Part shown: one piece after another, positions 38,290 to 50,134 of the stretch | Position numbering within the stretch: the first letter of the stretch is position 1 | How the letters are laid out: each line of letters opens with the position of its first letter | Assembly: GCF_001194135.2 (NCBI RefSeq) | Contig: NC_068988.1 | Span: forward strand, 26,354,722-26,418,721 | Length of the DNA stretch: 64,000 nt | Direction: 5' to 3' | Origin: Octopus bimaculoides | Lineage: Eukaryota | Notes under the pieces: generated by a model | The model's database searches: none | What the model saw: the letters and a program-made list of their open reading frames with translations, nothing else | Told to the model about the DNA's origin: nothing | Made by a program: the position numbers and the translations under genes

Positions 38290-39115
38290 CTGTAGTTTCA
38301 GCTCAGAGCTGCGGCCATGCTGATGCGCCGCCGTGTTGCTGCACTGTTTGATGTAGCTTCCCTCATTTGCACTTCTTGCCGTAAGATAGGTTCATCTGTG
38401 ACTCTCGACAGGAAAAGGTCCAGCCTTGATTTTAAAACGCCTTCATCTACTTTGTGCAGGTTTCTCAGGCTCTTTGGGAGAATATTAAAAAGTTGTGGGC
38501 CCCTGAAACCCAGGCTGTTGCTGTAACTGGACATGAAGCGCGATGGCATTGCTAGGATCTTTGGCACTATGCAGTGTCGACTCGTTCTGGCATTGGTGTA
38601 GCTTTCAATGCCTAAATTTGGTACAATTCCTTCCAGGATCTTCAAGATGTATATTACTGCATACCTCTCCCGCCTTCGCTCCAGGGAGTAGAGTATTAGC
38701 TGTTTCAGCTTTCCCCGGTAGCTGTGCAGTTGCAAAGAGACGATCTTATTTATGAAGCTTCGCTGGATTGCTTGAAGGTCCGCTGTTAATTTTACGCTGT
38801 TGGGTGACCGTAGCTGGGAGCAACAATCCAGGCGGCTGAGGACGAATATCCTCCATAGGCCCATCGTAGTTTCCTTATCTCTGGTTCTGAATGTTCTCAT
38901 GATCCAGGCAGCCAGTCGTCTGCATTTTGTCGCCATCCTGGTAATGTGCACTTGGAAAGAGGTATCATCACTCATGTCGAAACCCAGGTCCCTCACTAAT
39001 TTAGGCTCCTGAATTGTAATTCCCTGTGGACCAGTGTACGCTGTAAGTTTCATATTCAGTTGTGGACGCTGGTGGCGAAGGGCTTGGAAATTTTCACCAT
39101 TAAACTGGATATTAT
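38290..39115 (-). mobile_element. CR1/L2-group LINE, 5'-truncated 3' fragment with intact 3' end
   Basis: The 285-aa frame has VRDLG..MSDD.SF..HI, RTFRTRD, FVLSRLDCCSQL.SP, LYSLERRRERY..IY..KI and GPQLFNILPKSLRN, which are characteristic post-RT motifs. Substituted conserved residues suggest it is inactive. Confidence 0.9.
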
Positions 39116-39407
39116 TATTCTCATAAACCAACATGTTTATAAATCTTGCTGACAAGGGTTTTAATCACAATATTTTAAATCCAAAACTTCAATCTTTTAC
39201 ATGTATTAGTCATTAGACGGCGACCATTCAGGGACACTGTTTAGAAAGATGTAGTAGAAGAAATCAATACCAATATTCACGCTTTCATTCTAGATAATGG
39301 GAACGTAAACAAACCGACATTGTTGCCAGGTGATGGTGGAGTCAATGACAAATACAAAGATACACACATACATATATATACTTACAAATATACACACACA
39401 TACATAC

Positions 39408-39453
<46 letters not shown>

Positions 39454-39745
39454 NNNNNNNNNNNNNNNNNNNNNNNNNNNNNNNNNNNNNNNNNNNNNNN
39501 NNNNNNNNNNNNNNNNNNNNNNNNNNNNNNNNNNNNNNNNNNNNNNNNNNNNNNNNNNNNNNNNNNNNNNNNNNNNNNNNNNNNNNNNNNNNNNNNNNNN
39601 NNNNNNNNNNNNNNNNNNNNNNNNNNNNNNNNNNNNNNNNNNNNNNNNNNNNNNNNNNNNNNNNNNNNNNNNNNNNNNNNNNNNNNNNNNNNNNNNNNNN
39701 NNNNNNNNNNNNNNNNNNNNNNNNNNNNNNNNNNNNNNNNNNNNN

Positions 39746-39779
<34 letters not shown>

Positions 39780-40295
39780 GGCTGGCTTCCAACAGTTTTC
39801 TTCTACTAAATCTACTCGCAACCGTATTAGTGGACATTGCCTGGGTTATAGTAAAACATACTTACTGAAGATGTTACGCAATGATACTGAACACAACCCA
39901 TGCTGCTGAAAAGCAAGCTTCTTAACCACACAGCCTTGCGTATACCTATTTAAAAAATATATATATCGTACTTTCAATACCTCTACACTTTTTAATTTGT
40001 AAATTGCATAACCGACGCCTTTCTCTCTGCGACGATATATTAACAAAGAGATTCCGTGAACTTTCAAGAACAAATGATCTTCAACGTGTTCTGAAACAGT
40101 AATACAACAGTAATACATTTTATATAATGCCAGTCGTTCAATAGCAAAGGTGAAATGAGATTTAATATTTGTAAATCTCCATCATCAAATTTCTTGCAAC
40201 TTATAGATTAACAACTTATTGGGGAAACATAATGAAGTGGAAACAATAGAATGCGCACCTGTTCGTCAACAATTGATATTTTATGTAAGGAAGTA

Positions 40296-40403
40296 CTATT
40301 ATTATTATTATTAGTAGTAGTAGTAGTAGTAGCAGTAGTAGTAGTAGTAGTAGTAGTAGAAGTAGTAGTAGTAGAAGTAGTAGTCGTAGTCGTCGTCGTC
40401 GTC

Positions 40404-40436
<33 letters not shown>

Positions 40437-40446
40437 ATAGTAGTAG
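40296..40446. repeat. Compound (ATT)n(AGT)n(CGT)n microsatellite
   Basis: Direct reading. The poly-V and poly-L ORFs are artefacts. Confidence 0.95.
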
Positions 40447-41085
40447 ATCATTATTCTCACGATCGTCAGCAATATTCTCATTTAAAGGATTTATAGCTAT
40501 CAAAAGATGAATTGAAAGTCGCGTGATATTTGATTAGTGAAGTTAGTGAAATGATTTTCTCAATTGAATGTGATAAAACTTTCGTATTAAAGGCCGGAGG
40601 AAGACATCGTAATGTACTAAGCATGCAATAACGCTAATGCGTTATGCTTCAGTCCAGTTCTAGAATACTCACAGATCAAAAGCTTGTCTCGTTAGGAAGT
40701 TCGCCAGGGGAGATGAATTATAAGTTAGAAGTCAAATTTAATGTTAGACAATTATGTACAATAGTTATATTAACGAAAATATGGGTAGGCAATTCTGCAG
40801 ATATTGACTTCGTTTATTACATTATAAAGAACAAAATCTAATTGGGGGAATAAAGTACTTTGATATATTTCCAAGAATGATATATGTGGTGAAATAGTTT
40901 CGAACTTACCTTCATGGCTAACAGTTTTACTGCATGTGTCTGGCTATAAATTTATACCTTAATCATTGTCTGTCGGTGTGTATGCATATACTATAGCCAT
41001 AGAGACAGAGAGAGAGAGAAAAGCAGAGAAAGACAGAGAGAGAAAAATTGAGAGAGATATAGCAAGTGGGAAAATATGAGAACAC

Positions 41086-41153
<68 letters not shown>

Positions 41154-41231
41154 AGACAGATAGATACATATGCAAGCATATGCATTATGTATGATGTGAG
41201 AGGGTTACTAATAATGTGTGCGTGTATATAT

Positions 41232-41296
<65 letters not shown>

Positions 41297-41867
41297 NNNN
41301 NNNNNNNNNNNNNNNNNNNNNNNNNNNNNNNNNNNNNNNNNNNNNNNNNNNNNNNNNNNNNNNNNNNNNNNNNNNNNNNNNNNNNNNNNNNNNNNNNNNN
41401 NNNNNNNNNNNNNNNNNNNNNNNNNNNNNNNNNNNNNNNNNNNNNNNNNNNNNNNNNNNNNNNNNNNNNNNNNNNNNNNNNNNNNNNNNNNNNNNNNNNN
41501 NNNNNNNNNNNNNNNNNNNNNNNNNNNNNNNNNNNNNNNNNNNNNNNNNNNNNNNNNNNNNNNNNNNNNNNNNNNNNNNNNNNNNNNNNNNNNNNNNNNN
41601 NNNNNNNNNNNNNNNNNNNNNNNNNNNNNNNNNNNNNNNNNNNNNNNNNNNNNNNNATATACGTATGCATAAAATATGTTTTCATATAAATCACATTATA
41701 GGCAAGGACAAATGTACTTAAGATTTTCTTATGAAAATGAAACAGCCGTTACGCCTGTGATTTCCAGTAAAAACTTTACATGAAAATATGTAAAATACAC
41801 AAACACAAAAACACACGCACAACCATACACACACACACACACACACACACATACACACACATATATG

Positions 41868-41934
<67 letters not shown>

Positions 41935-42208
41935 CTTCACTTTTTCAAAGAAATTAAATTCCTTTAATTCATTTAACTGTTATACGAAAATATGAGAATA
42001 TTCAGACTAGTTTGAAAATTCTAGATTAATGTGAAATAGTCAAAGAAGCAACATTCTTTAACAATCTTTTAAATCCTAGTGAGTTTCTTTACCCGAACAT
42101 GAATATATAATACATACACACAAACACATATACACATATATGTAATATTATATGTGTAGACATATATAACTATTTAAGGTATAAATAAGATGCAAATGTA
42201 CATACATT

Positions 42209-42239
<31 letters not shown>

Positions 42240-42562
42240 NNNNNNNNNNNNNNNNNNNNNNNNNNNNNNNNNNNNNNNNNNNNNNNNNNNNNNNNNNNNN
42301 NNNNNNNNNNNNNNNNNNNNNNNNNNNNNNNNNNNNNNNNNNNNNNNNNNNNNNNNNNNNNNNNNNNNNNNNNNNNNNNNNNNNNNNNNNNNNNNNNNNN
42401 NNNNNNNNNNNNNNNNNNNNNNNNNNNNNNNNNNNNNNNNNNNNNNNNNNNNNNNNNNNNNNNNNNNNNNNNNNNNNNNNNNNNNNNNNNNNNNNNNNNN
42501 NNNNNNNNNNNNNNNNNNNNNNNNNNNNNNNNNNNNNNNNNNNNNNNNNNNNNNNNNNNNNN

Positions 42563-42593
<31 letters not shown>

Positions 42594-43261
42594 TATATAT
42601 ATATATATATACGTATGTATGTATATATGCACACACATACATATAAATATATACGTCTGTGTTTATAGACATGTATATATATATACATACGTGTGTGTGC
42701 GTGTGTCTGTTCGTGTATATATAAATGTATGCATGTATGTATAAAAAAAACTCTTCTGTCAGTTCTGTTAGAAGTCTTTTTCATATTAAAGAAGAAACAA
42801 TTGTGTTTTAGCTAATAGGCAATTTAATGGAAATGCTAGAGAGAATTAATAGAATTAATGGCCAGTAATATGACAGAATCGAATACAAAACAGGTCTTAA
42901 TGAGCTCATAGTGCTAATAATAATCAATATTGATAAACATTCTACTGCATTGAAAAAATTAATGAGTCATAACTTTTTGTAGAAACATCACTACGCTGCG
43001 GGGGTGGGGTACAGGAATATACGCGTCTAAGAATAGAAGTTTAGCATGCACGGTATAATGCATTATTTTTTTTTTCCAAATTCTTTGCTGACTTATGAGG
43101 ATGGGTACTTCAAGTTATTCCAGTACTTCTAAACCTGGTGGGGTCAATGCTGTTGAGAAGGAGATTTAACGTTCCCTTGTTTATAATCGGGAAAGTTGCC
43201 GAGTATTTTGACTTACTGTGTAGATTCGACAAAATATTGTCTTTCAAAATTTGCCAAAGTC

Positions 43262-43414
43262 AACTTTATCCACCCCAGTCTTAAAGTGTGGTACTTTTAT
43301 AGTCGACCCCGAAACGATGAAAGACAATGTTGACCTCGGCAAAATTTGATCTCAGAACGTAAAGATGGATGTAAGACCGCTAAGCATTTTTCTCGGTGTG
43401 ATAACGATTCTGCC
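43262..43414 (-). mobile_element. SINE family C (copy 1 of tandem trio)
   Basis: GTCGACCCCGAAACGATGAAAGAC...GACCTCGGCAAAATTTGATCTCAGAACGTAAAGA...CTAAGCATTTT. Confidence 0.75.
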
Positions 43415-43448
43415 TTAGATTCCGCAAAATATTAGTCTGGAATTATTC

Positions 43449-43624
43449 TGGCGCCAGGACCGCAATTTTGAGGGAGGGGGTAAATCAAATATCTCGACAG
43501 CAGTGTTCAACTGGTACTTATTTTATCGAGCCCGAAAGAATGAAAAGCAAAGTTCACCGCGGCAGGATTTGAACTCAGAACGTAAAGTCGCTAATCATTT
43601 TATCCAACTTGCTAACAACTCTCC
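43449..43624 (-). mobile_element. SINE family C (copy 2)
   Basis: CAACTGGTACTTATTTTATCGAGCCCGAAAGAATGAAAAGCAAAGT...GAACTCAGAACGTAAAG. Confidence 0.8.
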
Positions 43625-43630
43625 CAAATG

Positions 43631-43806
43631 TTGGCACAAAGCCAGCAATTTCGGGGTAGGGGCTAATCGATTACATCAACCACAGAGTTCAACTGGTACT
43701 TATTTTATCGACTCCGAAAGGATGAAATGCAAAATCGAACTCAGCAGAATTTGAACTCAGAATGTAAGCATTTTTTCCGGCGTGCTTACGATTCTTCCAG
43801 CTCGTC
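43631..43806 (-). mobile_element. SINE family C (copy 3)
   Basis: TTGGCACAAAGCCAGCAATTT...CAACTGGTACTTATTTTATCGACTCCGAAAGGATGAAATGC...GAACTCAGAATGTAAGCATTTT. Confidence 0.8.
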
Positions 43807-43989
43807 AACAAAATATTAATATCGGTTTTGTTTAAGAAAAGCGTTTGTGATATATGTCTAACAAGTAAAATATTTTTAAAAAACTGTGTGTACTAAACTA
43901 ATCGATAAACAGCAATTGCAATTGTACTGTTCAATGAACTTTATTTGGGGATATCAAGGAAGTAGTCCGAGTGTTTGTACGGAAATTGC

Positions 43990-44033
43990 ATGTACCATGT
44001 GGTTGGTACGCAAGCTACTTACCACACAGCCAC
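43990..44033 (-). mobile_element. SINE family A head fragment
   Basis: ACCATGTGGTTGGTACGCAAGCTACTTACCACACAGCCAC, nearly identical to 130-168. Confidence 0.75.
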
Positions 44034-45299
44034 TTTAAACAAAATGAATGAATGTACTTGCATCTCACTAGCAAAACAGGGATCATTTTTAGTCCGTACT
44101 GCCTTCTGTAGGCTACAGTGTGTAAGACTTAAGGATTCCAATCATCTAGAGCAAACTTTTTAAATATTATATTGGTATTGTGACTGGAAAGTAGAAATAA
44201 ATGCATTGAAATCGTCAGGGTTAAAACAAAATGTTAAAATAGGCAATAATATTTTCAGAAATAAGTTAGAAAATTGTTGGTAATTGCTGATTTTTTTTTC
44301 TCATGGTTTGAGAAATACATTGAATGCTCCCTATTTTGAAGCGGGGTTAGAAATCTCCTGGTGAATATACATATAAATAAATGCTCAAAATCAACAAATA
44401 GGATAACTTCGAATGTTAATGTCCAAGGGTAAAGAAAAGGAAATGTTAAATAGAATACTTACACTCAGAGTAACATGTTTAAATTTAAGAAATAAGATTA
44501 CAATCAAGGTAAAGTACAGAGTTATTAGATGCTATTTGAAAATATTGTAACCATATTTACACATCGTAGTAACTCTATTTAGTGAAGTATTCCTAACTGT
44601 ATCATGACAAGTCATTTATCAATAACATTACAAAAACAGTTGCCTGTCACTGCAGTTGTGCCCGTCGATAAACACAGTACTTAAGTTCCATAAGATAATT
44701 AACTCAATAGCACGGCCGATGTAATTTCTAAGGTTTTCAGTTATCTTCTCCACATCATTATAGGCATTTAATATCTTTATGTCGATAATTAATACATTGT
44801 TGTCAAATTCTCCCATGAAGATTGATGTCAGGTATTTAGCCGAGTCATCGATATCCATATATAATTCTAGTTGATATATTACAGACAAATGACCAACGAA
44901 AATCTGTTTGCTTTCGTCCTACTTTCGCTTGAATCCGCTCAAATACGAATCTATAATTACATAGAATGACAAGAGAACGCAAGAAACTGCACAGCTCAGA
45001 TAAAATATTAACTATTTCTCGTTATTATTTTGTTTGTTAGTGATTAATTGTTTTAACAATTCAAATATTTGAGGATAAATTTAGCCGCGATATCCACATC
45101 AACAAATATTTTTGCGCATACGTTTTAGGCAAACTAATAACGACAATGGATTGGAATACTCAGCAGTGCATCGGTCAAAATGCCTTGCAGCATATTTTAA
45201 AGCGGCATATGTTCAGAGTTCAAACCCTAGCGACATCGAAAATATTATGAAGCATTAGTCACATAGTAGAATCGATATTAACAGCCAAAGCTTTTCTCT

Positions 45300-46000
45300 T
45301 CTTTATTTTGGTCTGTGCGATCTGTACGGATGATGGTGAATTTTTTTTTTTTTCTCCTCGGCATCCATGTGAGTGTTGTTTAGGTGTGGATTCTGTATGG
45401 ATAAAGAAAGGGATCACTGTGTTGTTTCGGCAAGTCAATTTTCTATGTACGGGATATTCCATCTTGGGACAGTGAGTGATGGGTTCATGTCACGTACATT
45501 TAGCAAGAATTTCGATGCAAGAGCTGTTTGTTGCTTGTATTGTTCTGAGTGCCTAGTCTTATGTGTTATGTTGCTCAGAGGTAAGTTGTGTATGGAGCTC
45601 TGTGTGTGGAGTGATGTTCTAGTTGATGGTGGGTGTGTGTTCCTTGTGTTTTGCATATATGGCTGCTGATAGCTCGTTGGATCTCTTGGCTTAGGTCAGC
45701 CTTCATATTTTCTAGATAAGTTAGTAAAAAGAGCTACTTATTTGGTTTGCCACTTGGTCAGATGATACATTGTTCATGTTTATGTTATTTGGTGTTATGG
45801 TTTTACCGCAGTTCTGATTTCGTTGTTTGGTCTCAGGAGGTGAAATGTGGTTGTATTTTGTTTTTGTTGTTATTGTTGCACGCATCTGTGGCTGTTTATT
45901 TTTATTGTTTCATTCGTTTTGTGCCCTTCACATAGTGGAAGTTGCATTCTAGGTTCAGGCACATCCTCAGTGACAGAATCTTAGCACAGTTTATGATGGA
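45300..46000 (-). mobile_element. Possible decayed Penelope-like (GIY-YIG) remnant
   Basis: The strand-asymmetric island encodes EQYKQQTALASKFLLNVRDMNPSLTVPRWNI, loosely like the Y...T.LS......W.I segment of PLE endonucleases. Confidence 0.2.
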
Positions 46001-47433
46001 AGAAGGTGCACATATACACGACATATACTTTCCATCGTTGGCAAGTATATGTCATCATTTTTCAGAAGCTGCATCACCTCCGCTAGGGGAGAACATTACA
46101 AACATGAAAGAGCTTTTTTTTTTTATAAGATTGCATGGAGATACTTAATCTGCAGAAAAGACTACTGAAATAGCTCATGAAATAGCTTGTAAATTAGCTC
46201 ATGGCCGCCCAAATGGACTTGCGATTATATAAGTTTCAGACTGAGTGCCGATAGGAAGTGTCCATGCTAACATTGTAATGTTAACCCAATGTATCACATA
46301 CAGGTTGAACACTCACAAACACACACGAAATGCAGCTTGAGAAAAATTTCCATGATTTTCCCAACATTCCAAAACGAAAATTAAAGTAAAATATTTTCTC
46401 TGAATGCATAATTTCACATACAAACTGCAAAACAAAACCAAAATCTACCTTCTAATCAAATGATATCAATTCACAATACAATTCTAACCACCATTGCAGC
46501 AACAAGAACGTGAATAATTAAACTTTATTATTTAATACATTGATAAATGTATAGTGTATTAGGGAAAACTGCCTTATTCATATAGCAGCTCTAACTGGCG
46601 AAATAATATAAACATCAAAAGAAGATAAACACTTTCAAAAAGGAACGCACCTAACAATTATTATTTATACTATTATTATACGCTGTATGAATGTACTTCA
46701 GTTCGAAACAGCAATAACACACATTCCAACCAATTACAAACCATATTCTCTTTAGAATGAATAAATACGTACATAAATTACATATTTTCTAGCAAATAAC
46801 ATACCGACATCTACATCAATTATTAATTTTACGAAATACCAAAGTACATTGCGAAAAATTACTCAAAAACGTACTGCCATAAATGCTATCGTTATTATAT
46901 ATTCTATCGCATGTTTAGTGAAGAATATGCATCACGCCCGCAAACACTGCTTCTTTCCTTATTGAATATTCTGTACGACACAAGAGGAAACAGAATCGAT
47001 TCACCAATTACTGATGCTAAACATAATAGTTCATAACGAAAATTAGAGCCCAAACTAAGCTGTGGTGTAATAAACTAAATAGACTGGATAGCATTGAAAA
47101 TGGTACTTCGATACGTTTAAATCACGACCAACACAGCAGTAGTCACGAATAAAAATGTATATAATAGTCCAGTATAATGATGGCTGTGACACTAACACCT
47201 CAGTAAACCTATACATATATATATATATAGTTATGTGTATTTCTTCTATCTTAATCAATAAACATTCTTCCGATAGAATAAATGGGTTAATAGAAACCAA
47301 TGTAGCAAAGAACACAAAATAACTGTGGTTTAGTTCTTGTTTTTAAGGCAGGAACTCCTTGAAATTTTGGTTATTTGAGTATATTTAATAATTTAAGGAT
47401 TGGAGAAAACGCATGTTATAATTGCATACTTTA

Positions 47434-47517
47434 TTCCTACATATGTTTCAAAGGATTACAACGTGTGTGATCCATAGGGATCTTTGATATTAAAATTGTA
47501 ACCTTCTCATCAGGGAA
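47434..47517 (-). ncRNA. Type I minimal hammerhead ribozyme, intact core (Penelope-type)
   Basis: UUCC-CUGAUGA-GAAGGUUACAA-(loop with GAUCC/GGAUC hairpin)-UUGUAAUCCUUU-GAA-ACAUAUGU-A-GGAA. It has a GUA cleavage triplet, a palindromic stem III (ACAUAUGU) and a 4-bp stem I. Confidence 0.75.
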
Positions 47518-48594
47518 AGCATGGGAATCATCTTAAACGTAAGACATTATNNNNNNNNNNNNNNNNNNNNNNNNNNNNNNNNNNNNNNNNNNNNNNNNNN
47601 NNNNNNNNNNNNNNNNNNNNNNNNNNNNNNNNNNNNNNNNNNNNNNNNNNNNNNNNNNNNNNNNNNNNNNNNNNNNNNNNNNNNNNNNNNTCTCGATATG
47701 AGTCAAGCAGCGAGAGGATTTTAAAGGTATTTTCACTCCAAAAGTTAGAAATTTCCGATGATGGGCTATCCCTCACATCCCTGAAACATCTGTGAGATTA
47801 CATTTCTCTTTATAACTGTCCTAGAAATTTCACACTGCCTTCGCTTTGCTGCATCATTTTATTTAACACACACACACACACACAAACATATATATATTTA
47901 TATATTTACAGAGGGAGGGAGGGGAGGGAGGGACGGAGGGCGGTAGAGAGAGAGAGAGAGAGATTAATTGAATCATTGATTCATTGATCGAACATTTAAC
48001 CAAGCAATCAATTAATTTAATTGTTTAAATTAGTGAAAGAAGTGAATTTGAACCAGCGAATGTGTCGCTTATTATTAGCATAATGACCCTCCGAAGATAC
48101 ATTATTTCTGTCGATGCACGATTTCCCAAGAAGAAGTTTTCAGACTAAATAAAAAATATATTATTTATTTGATAGTCTTTCTTAGTAATTATCCTCGCCT
48201 CACATTTCACAATTTCATTGAGGCATTTCTGTTTATTAAATATGAATATATACAAATTATATAAGAGGCCCTTTAACTTTTCTATATTATTAAAATTTCA
48301 TGAACATAATTAGTTTGCAAGTCTCTCTGCCTGAGCTGCTGAGACACAGTGTCTGAGATTCTACATATTTGCTTCTCAATTACAAACTAGTTAAGTTTAC
48401 TTTATTAAAATATTATTAGAAAAATTAATTCATATCTGATTACTGTGTGTTTTGACGAGGCGTCACACATTTTGTTACCAGTTAATATTCTGCCGTATCA
48501 GCGACAAAATTGCTTCAGAGACATTATTTTTCGTTGAAGTAGACACTGAAAAAAAGTGTCAATAAGGAAAAGGATATACATATAAAGAGACACA

Positions 48595-48830
48595 GTGGAG
48601 GCGCGTGGCTTAGTGGTTAGGGTGTCAGCATCATGATCGTAAGATTGTGGTTTCGATTCCTGGACCGGGCGACGCGTTGTGTTCTTCAGCAAAACACTTC
48701 ATTTCACGTTGCTCCAGTCCACTCAGCTGGCAAAAATGAGTAATGCTGCGATGGACTGGCGTCACGTCCAGCTGGAGAACACATACATCATAGAAACCTG
48801 GAAACCGCGCCCATGGGTCTGACTAGGTTT
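48595..48830 (+). mobile_element. tRNA-derived SINE family D (head like family B, different body)
   Basis: GTGGAGGCGCGTGGCTTAGTGGTTAGGG...GGTTTCGATTCC, then GCAAAACACTTCATTTCACG...CACTCAGCTG...GCGATGGACTGGCGTCACGTCCAG...GAAACC. Confidence 0.8.
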
Positions 48831-48976
48831 TAAAATGGCGCATTTATTTATTATAGAGAGAGAGACACACGGACACACTCATACACGTATATATCTGTAA
48901 GCTTGTATATATGCATATATATCTATGTATACATAGACGGATATACGCAGATATTTATGTGTATTTATGTATATGT

Positions 48977-49021
<45 letters not shown>

Positions 49022-49230
49022 CTGCGTATATATATATGTGTGTGTCTATATATATATATGAGTGTGTGTGTGTGTGTCTGCTGGTTGGTGATAGCCCTTG
49101 CATTCCTTCGGTTATCCATATGGGTAAGGACTACATTCTTTTGTGAGACCACTGGCACAGAGGGACGTCTGGACATATGCTTATTAGCCTGGTTGTTCAC
49201 AGGGGTGGGGATCTATTCCTTTCTAGGACA

Positions 49231-49263
<33 letters not shown>

Positions 49264-50098
49264 NNNNNNNNNNNNNNNNNNNNNNNNNNNNNNNNNNNNN
49301 NNNNNNNNNNNNNNNNNNNNNNNNNNNNNNNNNNNNNNNNNNNNNNNNNNNNNNNNNNNNNNNNNNNNNNNNNNNNNNNNNNNNNNNNNNNNNNNNNNNN
49401 NNNNNNNNNNNNNNNNNNNNNNNNNNNNNNNNNNNNNNNNNNNNNNNNNNNNNNNNNNNNNNNNNNNNNNNNNNNNNNNNNNNNNNNNNNNNNNNNNNNN
49501 NNNNNNNNNNNNNNNNNNNNNNNNNNNNNNNNNNNNNNNNNNNNNNNNNNNNNNNNNNNNNNNNNNNNNNNNNNNNNNNNNNNNNNNNNNNNNNNNNNNN
49601 NNNNNNNNNNNNNNNNNNNNNNNNNNNNNNNNNNNNNNNNNNNNNNNNNNNNNNNNNNNNNNNNNNNNNNNNNNNNNNNNNNNNNNNNNNNNNNNNNNNN
49701 NNNNNNNNNNNNNNNNNNNNNNNNNNNNNNNNNNNNNNNNNNNNNNNNNNNNNNNNNNNNNNNNNNNNNNNNNNNNNNNNNNNNNNNNNNNNNNNNNNNN
49801 NNNNNNNNNNNNNNNNNNNNNNNNNNNNNNNNNNNNNNNNNNNNNNNNNNNNNNNNNNNNNNNNNNNNNNNNNNNNNNNNNNNNNNNNNNNNNNNNNNNN
49901 NNNNNNNNNNNNNNNNNNNNNNNNNNNNNNNNNNNNNNNNNNNNNNNNNNNNNNNNNNNNNNNNNNNNNNNNNNNNNNNNNNNNNNNNNNNNNNNNNNNN
50001 NNNNNNNNNNNNNNNNNNNNNNNNNNNNNNNTATATATATATATATATATTTACACATATGAGTGAGTGTGTGTGTGTGTGTGTGTGTATGTGTGTGC

Positions 50099-50134
<36 letters not shown>

